Notes under the pieces: model-generated | What the model saw: the letters and a program-made list of their open reading frames with translations, nothing else | Database searches by the model: none | Told to the model about the DNA's origin: nothing | DNA from: Paraspadella gotoi | Taxonomy: Eukaryota; Animalia; Chaetognatha | DNA length: 64,000 nt | Assembly (NCBI GenBank): GCA_051294375.1 | Contig: CM119264.1 | Coordinates: 24,964,048 to 25,028,047 of the forward strand | Reading direction: 5' to 3' | Translations under genes and position numbers: made by a program | Part shown: positions 1 through 12,956 of the stretch, piece after piece | How the letters are laid out: the number at the start of each line of letters is the position of its first letter | How positions within the stretch are numbered: the stretch's first letter is position 1

Positions 1-657
1 TCTTTGGCTGTCTTTCTTTCTATTTTCTTTGCATCTTTCATTATAGCAATCATTATTGAAACAATAAAGGAGGCCTCCATGGCGCAAAAGTAATATCGCA
101 GTACGACACAAGTTATACCAAAGAAAAGAAATGAAACAAAATAAATAATTCAAATGTTTTTAGCCAAAGATTTCGTTCAATTTGATTTGATTAGTTGGGG
201 CGGACAAAAGATTTTAAAATATCGTAAAATATTAGTCAAGCGAAACTTTACAATTATTTTGTTTTATCAACAAGCTTTATCAACTTCAAATTGACATTGC
301 CGCAGCTGTCCCTGCTGCCGCACTCTGTCGCTGGAGGCGGAACCAACGCTTTCGCCGCGACCAAATCTGCTGTGGCCGTTTTGAGACTCAGATGCGTGTA
401 AAGGTTTCTGGACCCGAACCTTCTAATTTTGTTCCTCTGACGCCGGTTCCATTTTGTTCCTTCTGAGTGAATCTTGTTTTTTAATATCCTATTTTTTCGC
501 TTATCTCAACATGTTTCTTATTCTTACCATTTCACTTTTCTCCTCTTCGTATTCTCTCTTTTTCTTTCTTTGTTTTTTTCTTTTTTTCAATTATCTTTTT
601 AACTTTTTTATTTTTCTTATACACAAACTTACTCACTCCCTCTCACTTACCCACATA

Positions 658-804
<147 letters not shown>

Positions 805-1414
805 CGTGAAAACTTGATTCCTATTCGCATTTGTCCTTCCACGGGGAAAAACTCTTTTTCCTCTATAAATAAAAATAAAAATAAAAATGTTTGAATTTTC
901 CACGGACGTTGCCGTCTTTAACACTCAATAGGAACAAGTACTTAAAATATTAAGACAATTATAAAACGGTTCGAATTAAATGTTAAATATCAAGTTAAAT
1001 CCCTTAGTTGGGTTATGATTATGAACTGTAAAAAGGTTATCAGGCCGATAATTGTAATTAATTAAAATCTTGTCAATATCAATACCGAAAGTAAAACCTT
1101 CCTTTATCTTTTACTTTATCCCCTCTCACTACTTCAGTGCTGCCCCCAAGACGTTCTTTGTTGTTCCGTTGACGGCAAAGACAAAGAAGAAAGTAGACCG
1201 ACGAGCCACAGTGTCGTAACCCTCTCTTCCCCCATTCCTCCCCTCTCTCCCTTCCCCCATTTCTCCTTCCCTTTCTCTACTCCCCCATTTCCTTAACTTT
1301 CTTTTCTCTTTCCACTCCCGCCTCCCCCGCTTGCTTCGTTCTCCTTTCCTCATACTAACGCCGGTTCACGCAAGTCAAGGCGTCCTCTCTTCTCTCTCTC
1401 TCTCTCTCTCTCTC

Positions 1415-1467
<53 letters not shown>

Positions 1468-2503
1468 ATTCGANNNNNNNNNNNNNNNNNNNNNNNNNNN
1501 NNNNNNNNNNNNNNNNNNNNNNNNNNNNNNNNNNNNNNNNNNNNNNNNNNNNNNNNNNNNNNNNNNNNNNNNNNNNNNNNNNNNNNNNNNNNNNNNNNNN
1601 NNNNNNNNNNNNNNNNNNNNNNNNNNNNNNNNNNNNNNNNNNNNNNNNNNNNNNNNNNNNNNNNNNNNNNNNNNNNNNNNNNNNNNNNNNNNNNNNNNNN
1701 NNNNNNNNNNNNATTGGGGATGAGCGACCTCGATATCAAAAGAGAACATAATGATTGTGAGGTTTAATAATGCAAATGGTAGGTGAAGGCCGAAGCTGAT
1801 CATCCAATTGGATATTAGATTGTTTGTGGATTTCCGAAGAGCCGACGACAGTAGAAATTAAAAAAACACAAAAAAGAGAACAAGTACAAAAAAAAAAAGA
1901 AATAAAAAAAAACCAAAATAAAAAAACCTATCTGGGTTATAGAAAGACGGAACATTAATCCAAAACTATTCGAATGTAAAACCCTTTTGAAATTGTTCCC
2001 TTCATCTTTCTTCTGAGAACTAAACCTCCAGCTTCGACTTTTCTTCAGCCAATCAGATTTTACCCTCCACATAATTCATTTCATTTTCAGTCTTTTTTTT
2101 TCGGCCAATCAGCGAATCGAACTACTTTTCACCCATTTCTTTAATTAATTTGTACTGAACGAGGTTAGGCCAATGACTTCAAGCTGACCACTCCGATTGA
2201 TTAGTTTTTAGTAAGCTCACTATCATAACTCATAAGCCAATCAATTTTCTAATTTCTCATTTGACAAATGACATTGTTGATTATGTATAATTTTTTCCAT
2301 CAGTTTCTCCCCTTTTGTATCCAACCAATCAAAATCGTTCCTTTCTTTCCGCGTTCCGCCAATCAGAGCCGATCTCTCCCCCTTCCCTCGTTTCTCCGCT
2401 CCATTGCCACTCGTCGAGTGGCTTTTCCCACCCAAACGCAGAAGAAACTTCGTTGTCGAATCTGGTCACGACGCAAACCTCATTTTCGCCAATCCGACTC
2501 TCC

Positions 2504-2536
<33 letters not shown>

Positions 2537-3096
2537 NNNNNNNNNNNNNNNNNNNNNNNNNNNNNNNNNNNNNNNNNNNNNNNNNNNNNNNNNNNNNNNN
2601 NNNNNNNNNNNNNNNNNNNNNNNNNNNNNNNNNNNNNNNNNNNNNNNNNNNNNNNNNNNNNNNNNNNNNNNNNNNNNNNNNNNNNNNNNNNNNNNNNNNN
2701 NNNNNNNNNNNNNNNNNNNNNNNNNNNNNCTTGAACGTTTGTCCGACATCCAACAAAAGAAAATGTCCGCCGTCAAATTTTCTGGGCAAAATGTTGCGCA
2801 CTTGGCATTATTAGATTTTTGACTTTCTCAACTCTGTCTGTCTCTACTCACAGTCACGGTCACAATCTGTCTATCCGTTCGCGTCTCTCTGTCAAATTGT
2901 CCCTCCGTGGAATTCGTGCTTTACTTTGCATTGTAGGTCACCTAGCCATCGAGCTTTCCCTACTCACATCATTACTTTCTCATTAAGCCAAATAATATTC
3001 TTAATTTATTCGTATTTGATATTCTCTGTTTTAGTTCTTGCCGTTGAGACTTCAGTGACAAAATGAATTAATAATCTATTTAATACTTTTTAGTAG

Positions 3097-3740
3097 CTCG
3101 TCGTATTACTTCGAACTGGCGCGTGATCGCTCGTCGTCCACACGAATCGACTCAGCGAAGGTAAGTTCGATGAGTGAGGATCTTTTTGACTGTAGGACAC
3201 GGAAAAGAGCGGAGAGAGAGGCGGATCACAAAAGTGGAAAAAAGAAAAGTGAAAATAAAATGGTCGGGAAGGAGAGTGAATGAAAGAGGTAAAGGAAAGA
3301 AAGGTAAAGGAAATAAGTGAAGGACAAAGAGTTTGAAAGGACGAGGCGTGTCGGGTCAAAGACGGGCGTGAGGTTACGACGAACGGGTCGCACAATAACA
3401 ACAACAACAACGAAGACGACAACGTCCGAGTCATTTGTGTTCGATAACAAGTTTTGTGAATTTAAAGAAAAATTATCCGTTAGTGACGACCTTTCGGAGT
3501 TTGGAATAGAAATGGTACATATTTGTATCTATAAATGGTATGGTTTCATTATCAACAAAGACTCTATACTTTTGAAAATAATCTCCGATATTGTATGTGT
3601 AATGAAGAAATAATGGTGTTCAAAGATGTGTTGCTGACTGTGGTCATCATTCGTCCACAAAGTGTGGGCTGCTATGAACTGACCTTTTCTCCACAAGAAA
3701 TCAGGCGGAGGACGAGAGGAGGAAGAGATTCTGACCCGAA
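3097..3740 (+). other. Two candidate small exons (3097-3160; 3698-3740)
   Basis: ttttagtag|...aag|GTAAGT, and ctgac-ccttttctccacaag|...|GTAAGT. The product is not recognised. Confidence 0.2.
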
Positions 3741-4744
3741 GTAAGTCGAGTTGCCAACGAAATGATAAGTTACGTCGCTTCCTTTGCAAGAGAGNNNNNN
3801 NNNNNNNNNNNNNNNNNNNNNNNNNNNNNNNNNNNNNNNNNNNNNNNNNNNNNNNNNNNNNNNNNNNNNNNNNNNNNNNNNNNNNNNNNNNNNNNNNNNN
3901 NNNNNNNNNNNNNNNNNNNNNNNNNNNNNNNNNNNNNNNNNNNNNNNNNNNNNNNNNNNNNNNNNNNNNNNNNNNNNNNNNNNNNNNNNNNNNNNNNNNN
4001 NNNNNNNNNNNNNNNNNNNNNNNNNNNNNNNNNNNNNNNNNNNNNNNNNNNNNNNNNNNAAGAAAGAAAGAAAGATAGAAATAAAATAAATAAGACAGAG
4101 AGACGAGTACGGTGGGGAATTCGATGCCCGCAGACTCTGGCCTCTTTGCCTTCTAAAGAATCTTTGGGAAGGGAATTTGGAGTGAGAGAGAGAGAGAAAG
4201 AGAGNNNNNNNNNNNNNNNNNNNNNNNNNNNNNNNNNNNNNNNNNNNNNNNNNNNNNNNNNNNNNNNNNNNNNNNNNNNNNNNNNNNNNNNNNNNNNNNN
4301 NNNNNNNNNNNNNNNNNNNNNNNNNNNNNNNNNNNNNNNNNNNNNNNNNNNNNNNNNNNNNNNNNNNNNNNNNNNNNNNNNNNNNNNNNNNNNNNNNNNN
4401 NNNNNNNNNNNNNNNNNNNNNNNNNNNNNNNNNNNNNNNNNNNNNNNNNNNNNNNNNNNNNNNNNNNNNNNNNNNNNNNNNNNNNNNNNNNNNNNNNNNN
4501 NNNNNNNNNNNNNNNNNNNNNNAGAAGTATGTTATTCTGTGAACTAGTTTCAACCACGATTCCATCGTTGTCCCCCATTTTAAAACTCGATCTCAGAATC
4601 AATTTTTTTTTAGATTAAAATTACCGACAAAGATTTGATGGATGACGAGTTTGAGCGGATGGAAAACTTCAGAGAAAGAAAGAATGAAAATGATAGAGGA
4701 ATAAAAGTGACAGGGTTATAAAAGAGAGAATGACGTTGGGTGAC

Positions 4745-6520
4745 AAAGGGTTACGACAACGGGTCGCCACCAATACACAACCAAACAACGACCAAACGAC
4801 AACCTCCGTAGTTCATAGTTGTTGTGTCGTAACAAGTTTTGTGAATTTAAAAAAAATAAAAAGTATCCTTCATGAACGACCTTTCGGAGTTGGATAGAAA
4901 TGGATACTTTTATTAGCAACAGCCGGCGCGTTGCCTGTTGATCGCACCATGGGATGGGGAACAACATCTCACTGTTGACTTGTGGGGGCCGACTTCGCGA
5001 CCTCAGCACGCCTCCAAGTCCGCACTGGCGGTTACCCTAGACCGGGAACGATCTCAGCTTGCCAACGCAGAGGAAGTCGTTAGACGTGGACTGAACAACT
5101 ACGCCTTGGGGGATGGTTGTATTTCCCCTCCGAGCAATTTTGTTTGCTGCAAGGATGGTGGATTGTGAAAGCCGTGTGAACTATACCCGGCCACAACATA
5201 AACTGATTTTGGTTTTTTAATTTTATTCAACAACGACTTCGTATAACTTTTAAACCTCGAGCTCCGAAATGACAGGAATAGAGTGTATCAAAATCTGTGT
5301 TACGCTGAACGTGTCAACTCATTCTGCGTCCCCCACAACAAATGGGCTGCTACTTGAATGAAATTGAACCTTTTTCCTCTCCCCCACAAGAAAAAATCAG
5401 TCGGAGGACGAGAGAGGGGAAAGCATTCTAACCCCGAAGTAAGCTCGCAATCTTGCCCAACAATGAATAAGTTACGTTCCGCCTTCCTTTGCAAAGAGAG
5501 AGAAAAAGAGAGGAGAAAGAAACAAGAGAGACAGAGAGCAGAGAGACCTGAGAGAGATGAGAGAAGAGAACGAGAGACTGACGCAGAGACGAGAGAGAGA
5601 AGAGAAAAGCAGAGAAGCAGAAAAAGAAGATACCAGAAAAACTTAAAAAAATAAAAGAAGAATTAAGAAATATTATGAAAGAGAAAAGAAGAAAGAAAGA
5701 CTTAAAAAAGAAAGAAAGAAAAGAAAGAAAAACGAAAGAAAGAAAAGACAAGACAAGAAAGAAGAAGAAAGAAAGAAAGATAGAATAAAAAATAAATAAG
5801 ATCCATGAGAGAGACGAGACGTGGGAAATGTCCAATGCCCGCCAGACTTGGCAGCTTCTTTCACTCCTAAAGAATCTTTTTGGGAGGGGAATTTGGAAGT
5901 GACCGAGAGACGAGAGAGAGAGCAGAGAGAGAGGGAGAGATGTCTGAGACGAGCAGATGAGAGAGAAAGAAGAGAGAGAGAACGAGAGAGAGAGAAAGAG
6001 AGAGAAAGAACGGAGAAAAAAGGCTGCTACATACGCAGTAACTCTGCATTCCTATACTTCTTCCCGCGATCACTGGACCGGACGGAACGCTTCTCTCTGC
6101 TACTTTCCTCTCTCCTCTCAATCATCTCATCTACTCTGCTCTCGTCTCATCTCATCTAGCTCTCAATCTCTCTCCTCGTCTCTCTCTCTCTCTACTCTTC
6201 TCTCTTGTCTCTTATCTCTCATCTCTCTGTCATCTCTCCATCTTTTCTGCTCTCGCGGTATACTATTAATACTAGTATTTATATCTGAGTGACTAGTCTT
6301 CAACAGACAAGATTCAGCATCGATGATCCCCCATTTAAACTCGATCTCAGAAATACAACATTGTATTTTTATAGCATTAAAATTTCGACCGAGATTGATG
6401 AATGACGAGTTCTACGCGACACTGGGAAAACTTACAGCAGAAAAGAAAGAATGAAAAATGATTATACGAATAAAAAAGTGACAGAGTTATAAAGAGAGAA
6501 TGATCGTTGAGTGACAAAAC
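4745..6520 (+). other. Indel-rich tandem copy of about 3340-4745 (likely long-read gap fill or alternate haplotype)
   Basis: Collinear matches to 3370-3790, 4060-4200 and 4524-4745, followed by a 25-N gap at 6672-6696. Confidence 0.75.
4920..5195 (-). mobile_element. SINE-like dispersed repeat (family B)
   Basis: The ends (CAGCCGG..GTTGCCTG and CTACGCC..GGGGATGG..TATACCCGGCCACA) match 53932-54330 and 59261-59705. The minus-strand start GGCCGGGTATAGTTCA resembles a tRNA 5' end/A box, but no clear B box is present. Confidence 0.5.
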
Positions 6521-6920
6521 GAAAAGACAATGACCAGAAAGCATAGCTTGCACAAAGAGGAAATCGAATTACCAGAGAGAGAGGAGAGAGAGAGATGAGA
6601 TGAGGAGGTCGGAGAGGAAGAGAGCAGAGAGGAGTGAGAGAGAGCAGCAGAGAGAGACTGACGAGATGACGNNNNNNNNNNNNNNNNNNNNNNNNNAGAG
6701 AGAGAGAGAGAAATATACAACTCTTCGTTGCATATTACTGCAGATCATAGTAAGCGATCAAAAAAAGAAAGGCGTAAACTAATTCACGGCTTTTTTAGGA
6801 ATTTAAAGGTATTAATTTATTTGTTAAAAGTGTATTTAATGTAATTTTATCAACGTCATCCTAATCATCATCACCATCATCATCATCATCCCGGTATCTT
6901 CCTCCATTTGTCCGACTTAC

Positions 6921-7058
6921 AGCCCTCCTCCTCTTTCTGCTTTCCCTTTCCTCTTTTACCTCCTCCTCCTCCTCCTCCTCCTCCTCCTCCTCCTCGGACG
7001 TGCGTTCCTCATAAACGTCGTTGATTCCGTCGTGAAAATTTTTTTCTCCTTCAAAATC
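6921..7058 (-). CDS. Candidate internal exon encoding an acidic segment ending in a furin-type site
   Basis: Minus strand DFEGEKNFHDGINDVYEERTS(E)12VKEERESRKRRRA followed directly by GTAAGT (6920-6915), with a pyrimidine tract upstream. The acceptor (GAG) is weak and no partner exons were identified. Confidence 0.25.
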
Positions 7059-8905
7059 TCGTGAGAAGAAAATTGTGAAGGAGTGAAACGTCGAGTTTCA
7101 TACAAGCGGAACGAACAACAACAACGAAATTATTAAGCTAATATTTAAAAGAAAATTTTAAAATATGATTATTCTACGTTTGCCTTTGGATAATTTGGAA
7201 ACGACGTATGGAAGAAACAAAAAATACCGCGATGTTTTATGATGTCAAACATTTTCTTTTGAGTGGAATATTTAAAAGTAGGACGATATAACTCATTCAC
7301 GGGTTATTTTCTTTAATTTATGTATATTTTATAATTATTAATTTTTTGATTTTAACAAAAGCAACGAAAAAACAAAAAAGTGTAGTGTGAAAAAAAGACG
7401 AGAAACATGAAAAAAAAAAAATTAAAAAAAAGAAGGTGGAAAAAAATAGGAGCAGATTCGTAGCGGAATCGAATGTCGATAAGATTTTTCAGCTTCTCTG
7501 CTTCGATGCCAAGAATATCGCCAAACAAATTCACATCAAATGTTCATTGATAATTGAATTAAAACAAAAAAAAACTAAATAAAAGCAGGAAACTAAAAGA
7601 AATGGACTAAGTCATTTTAAAACTTTGATATTATCAACGTTGTTGATTGTATAATACTTTTCCAGTTCAAAAAAATGACTTTGTGGAACAAAATTGAAAA
7701 TATTTAAGCTTGTTTAAAGCAGCGTTGTCGCATTTAAAATTCTGGTTAAATTTTAAAGAGTTTCGGTTCGTCGACAACGAAAACACACATTCCTTCATAA
7801 ATTTATACGGATGTGTGGTTGTTGTTGTTGTTTTGGCCGCTAAGGATGCGTTTCTTGGGATTTTAAAGTATCAAAAATTCCAAACAATGTTGGTTTTCTT
7901 CTTTAAGTAACAAGATCGCTGGCTGTTTGAACTAAATTCTCATTAATATCTTTTATGCCTCAATAGTGTAAATGTAATAATTTTCAAAACGATAACAATC
8001 ATACACTCGACGAGAATCGAAGCATCCACTTGATTCGGTTGTCTTTTCCGGTTTTCACTCGTCCCCACCGAGTCTCAACTCGTGATTTCACCCAAATTCG
8101 CTTTTTTTCTTTCGCCTTCTGAATCCATTTTCATTTCTGCGTTTGACGAATTGAGCTCAAAACGTGATTTTCGTCGTATGAGTGAAGCTTTGGATTAACT
8201 CTCCTCACGCGAAATTGTGAGAAACATAAAAAAAAAAACATTAAAAAAAAAGAAAACATAAAAAAAACATTAAAGAATAAAAAAAAATCTGGTTTAAAGG
8301 TTTTTTTTTTCCATATCAGAATTTCAATGGGTTTCCGCTCGCGTTAATTCGAAGGTAATCGGATTCTTTTCCATCATCTCATTCGCCCGAATTATTTTTT
8401 TATCTTTTTATTTTTATTTTTTTTATCATTAATTAAAGAAAAAAGGACGAAAAGGAGATTAACATTTTGAATTAACTTTCGTTTCATTGGAGGAAGTTTA
8501 AAAAAAATTAACTTCATTTAACGAAATTGCCTGATGATTCTATGAGAAAAAATTAATTAGAATCTAGTTAATTATTAACTTATTATAATTCAAGCAATTT
8601 CATTGATTATAATAACCTTTCTTTGATTCCATGATCTTGAATGATCCTTCCGTGATATCGAGTGATCTTTCCACGATATCGGCAGTTCTCGTTTAAAAAT
8701 CGATTTCTTCTCAACATGTCTTAAAATCAAGGCAGCGTAGCGGAATAACTCTGAGGCAGCGTAGCGGGAGAAAAACTATTGAGGCAGCGTAGCGGCAGAT
8801 TATCTGACGAGTTTTATCAATCGTGAAATAAAGAAGAATATGAGAAATGAAAGAAATAAAAAAAGGAAAGAAAGAAAATATAAAGAAAGAAACAATGAAA
8901 GAAAA

Positions 8906-8977
<72 letters not shown>

Positions 8978-8994
8978 ACGAATGAATATAGAAA

Positions 8995-9095
8995 GAAACT
9001 GAACTTTTATTGCATCAAGAGTGCAAGACATTAATCCTTACTGATCACTTTTGAAATAGAGAAAGAGAGAAAAAACAAGAGAAATAGAAAGAAAG
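8995..9095 (+). repeat. Dispersed repeat associated with (GAAA)n; inverted copy at 41920-42008
   Basis: actgaactttt..tgcatcaaga..cattaatccttactgatcactt..gaaatagagaaagagagaaaaaac occurs at both sites. Confidence 0.7.
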
Positions 9096-10634
9096 AATGA
9101 AAGAAAAAAGAAAGAAAGAAAGAAAGAAAGAAATAACGAAATAACGAAAGAAAGAAAGGAGAAATGGAATTTAAAAATAAATTATAGAAAACAAGAAATA
9201 TTGATTAATAAAAAAAAAAAAAAACAAAAAAAAAAAAACAAAAAAAAAAACACAAAAAAAAACGAAAGATAGAAAAAAAAGGGGGGCGAAAATAAAAACA
9301 AACAGATAAATAAAGAATCAACAAATGAAACTAAAGAATAATATTTCATTGAAGCGAAAGAAAAGTCGACATCTGCTCGAGGTGAAACTCGAGAGCGGCG
9401 AAGCGAAAGGCGAAGAGAAAGACGAAGAGAAAGACGAAGAGAAAGACGATCGTCGTAGCGACGATCGAAACGCGACCGTCGTTGACGCTTCGCTCGAGCG
9501 AAAAAAAACAAACAAACAAAATAACAGAGAAAACGACGACGATGAAGACGACGAATAAATCAACGACCACAACAAAAACAATAATCACTATGACAACGAT
9601 GACAACAACTACATCGTCAAAAACGACAACGATAACACATCATTGACTTCACTTTCAGTTCAATCGTTAACTTAAACTTTAACCTAATCGCCTTAATAGA
9701 TACAGGGTGTCAATGAGTCAATGCCAATTTTACGAAGGTAAGATCGTCAGCCAACGACTTGTCTAACTTAGTAGATGTAGAAAAACAGAAGCCAAATATC
9801 TAATTACACAAATAAACATTATAGTAATCGCCTCAGTGATTTAGAATGAAATTATTTTACATTTTTCTTGATTGAATTGTTCAAACGAACCAAATTCTCC
9901 GATCATTTGCGTTAAAATAGCCCTTGGAATTTAAATGCTAATGTATACAGCGATAAAACATTCTATCATGAGCATAGATTATGGTATCAAAATACTAGCC
10001 TAAATAAAATTATTATATTAGTATCGAGAAAAATATTTTTTTTGAAATCCTAAAAAAATTGATGGATTCTGATAAAGTATAAACAGTTAAACAAAAAATA
10101 TAATTACAGCTTTTAAAAATTCTTTTTTTCTAAGTGAAAAAGTAAAAAAACTTTCCTATCGATAAGTATATATTACAAAATTAATTACTATATAAGGTTT
10201 TGAGCCATAAAGAATACTTTGTCTATTGAAAGTATACTTAAAAATGTATAAATTTTTTGAACTAAACCCCATTGAGTGGTGCTACCCCGAGTTAAATTCG
10301 TTTCTTATAAACAGGCCACCTTCTTATTATAGTTCCAGGTTCCCAGGTTCCCCCCCCCTCCGCTCGCGAGTCTTACGTAAACAAACCGTGGTTCGTACGA
10401 CTTGAAAAATCGCTTCCCCATTTTTGGCTTCGCTTTCGCCATTTCGGGTTCCGGCGAACGCCGGTCGCCGCTCACCGCCTTCTCACCGCCGTTCGCCCCG
10501 TTTTTTTTTTGGGCACCGCGTCGGCGGCGCCACCTGCTTTCGCAGATGCCGATCACGCGCGCTAATGGCGCCCCATTTCTGCTTTCGCGACGCCGAGACC
10601 CTCGGACGCTAACGACGTTGACAGGAATTTGCGA

Positions 10635-10852
10635 GCGTGTCACGTGAGAAGCTCAAAGAAGATCACGTGACGCGATCGTAGAATATCACGTGACGCGTTT
10701 GAAGAAATTCAAGTGACACGCTCAAAAATATTCATGTAAAGAAGATAAGGTGAGACGCCCAAATAAGATCACGTGATTCGGTCAACTGAGATTAAATTAC
10801 TAGACTCTTCACTAAGATCACGTGACACACTTGACTAAAATCACGTGACTCG
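10635..10852. repeat. Degenerate 23-bp minisatellite built on TCACGTGA
   Basis: CACGTG at 10641, 10664, 10687, 10770, 10819 and 10842, with degenerate copies at 10710, 10733 and 10747. Spacing is mostly exactly 23 bp. Confidence 0.8.
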
Positions 10853-12173
10853 TTGAGACTCGATCCGGCTTTTCACTTAATCGGCTTGAGATGCCGTCTG
10901 GTTTGCCACCCGATTAGACGCGAAGATGCAGTTAAGAAGCCCGATGGCGATGTCGACCACAGAGTCTCCAGAGTCAGGAGGTCTTAAAATATATTCGGAA
11001 AATATGGCAAACTATGAAATTTATACAACTAATGCAATATAATAATTTTTCACTCATTCGAAAAAATACAAAGCGATCTTGCCACTGACATCGGACAAGC
11101 CCCAATCCCTGCGAGCTTTCGATCAAGAATCTTTTCCAGAGAACCTTGATTCCCTATCAATGAAGATGTATGAAAAGATCCCTTTCATTGATTCATCCCG
11201 AAAACATCTGTTCTCAATTCTAAAATAATTTCTTGGATAGCAGGAGTCACTAAAACGTATATCGAATCATTTCGTCCGTTCATTTTTTAACATGAGAATC
11301 CCAGTTCTACCATAACTTTTTTTCTGTTCTAAGAATCTATGACTCTTTTGTTGATTTCGTAGGTTATTGTGGTTATTGTCATCAAACGACGTCATCATTG
11401 GCGCCATTGACGTCTCCATCTACGTCAAATATTGCATTTTCAAGAGAATGCGTCGCGACTCTCGAGTCGACCAAGCGACACCCTTTTTCCTTTTTTCTCC
11501 TTTTCTTTAATTTTCTTTCCTTTTTTTTTCTTTCTCGTTTCTATTTTTTCCCCCTTTTTTCTCTCTTTCTTTCTCTTCTTCTCTTGGCGTCGTCACGTTT
11601 CTCCAGAAATCAATCTGGTGAGAGCGAGAGACGAAGAGAGAGAGGGAGAGAAAGAAGGAAATAGAGAGGAGGAGAGACTAGTCTATCGGATTTATCGAAA
11701 AAAAGATTACTTCTCTCCACTTTTTCCCATTTTTTTTCTCTCTTCTTGTTTTGCTTCATTCCTCGCCATTGTTGCTGATACTTTTTTATGCTGCATATAT
11801 CTTATATATGGATAATGGATAATGGATATGAATAATTTTTATATTGGTTGTACCAATTTCATATTAACTTTTTTTTTTAAATAATAAACGCCTTATTAAA
11901 TTTTTATTAGGCGGTGTTTTCTATTATACAGATCATCAACAATAAAAAATCGAACGAAAAGCAACGACTTATTTCTTTCGAGAAATTTATTTTTACATTT
12001 GTACATAATCTTTCTGCTGCTGCTTTCTAATCACCCATCACAGAAGAGCGGGGAAAAAAATTAAAAAAGAGAAAATGAATCGTATGTATTTTCATAATTG
12101 ATCTAGATTTTAAACATATTTTTTAGGAAAAACAGTTTTGATTTGACAACGAATTTAATTGACAGTTTATAGT

Positions 12174-12215
12174 CGGACATGTTTCGACTATTTGCATTTA
12201 GAGTCTTCATCATTT
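12174..12215 (-). ncRNA. Degenerate hammerhead motif, same family
   Basis: Minus strand reads ATGATGA-A-GACT-ctaaatgcaaat-AGTC-GAAACATGTC-CG. The first core C is changed to A. Confidence 0.5.
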
Positions 12216-12956
12216 TTTTTAAATCTTTAAATAGCGTTTTAAATATTTTGTCCCCAGGATCTTACTTGCCGCCTAGCAAAGACAAACCAAAAATAAAAAC
12301 AAAACAAAACTGGAAAACAACGGAAAAGAAATTTACTCACCGGGATTTACTCCAAAAAAAAACATTAAAAAACAACGAAAGTCATAAATAGAATTAGATT
12401 TGCCAAAGCCAAATCTCTTAGAAATTAAAAAAAAGATTGGATAAAAGAAAAATATTTTGTGTTAACAAGTCAAAGAAGTTTTTTAAAGATTAAAAGAAAA
12501 CACAACAGGCAAAAAAAAAGAACGTGCGTGAATAACAAAACACGAATAGATTGAAATATGAAAAATAAATAAATAAACCGTGTGAAAAAAAGGAAAATAA
12601 TAAAATATTAAAAAAAATTGAAAAACGTGAAGTTTCACGTTCAATTTATTTTCGTTTCTTCGTCTCGAACGAACATCAACAAAATCAAAGGAAAAGAAGA
12701 GACGCCAAAGAAGATCAGGTGAGAAATGGGAGATGCTGAGGTGACGCTAGAGGGAATAGGTGGCGCTGAGGGATGGGTGACGCTAGGGGGATGGGTGGTG
12801 AATGGGTAAGGGTGGTGACGATGATGGGAATGGTGGTTTTTTGGAAAGAAAGTTTCAGAGAATGATTTAAAACAAAAAGTAAATAAAAAAAAACAAACAA
12901 ATATTTATAATAACAAAACCATTGTGTTAATCCTTTCGGCTTCGTTGAGTATAGAG

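Noticed and set aside
9701-10270. TACAGGGTGTC as a Tc1/mariner MITE terminus
   Set aside because: No convincing matching right TIR was found.
7095-11135. TGA recoding (in-frame TGA in two coding-like frames)
   Set aside because: The frames are unproven, the XK-like locus also has TAA stops and frameshifts, and the MANEC-like gene appears to end normally at TGA.
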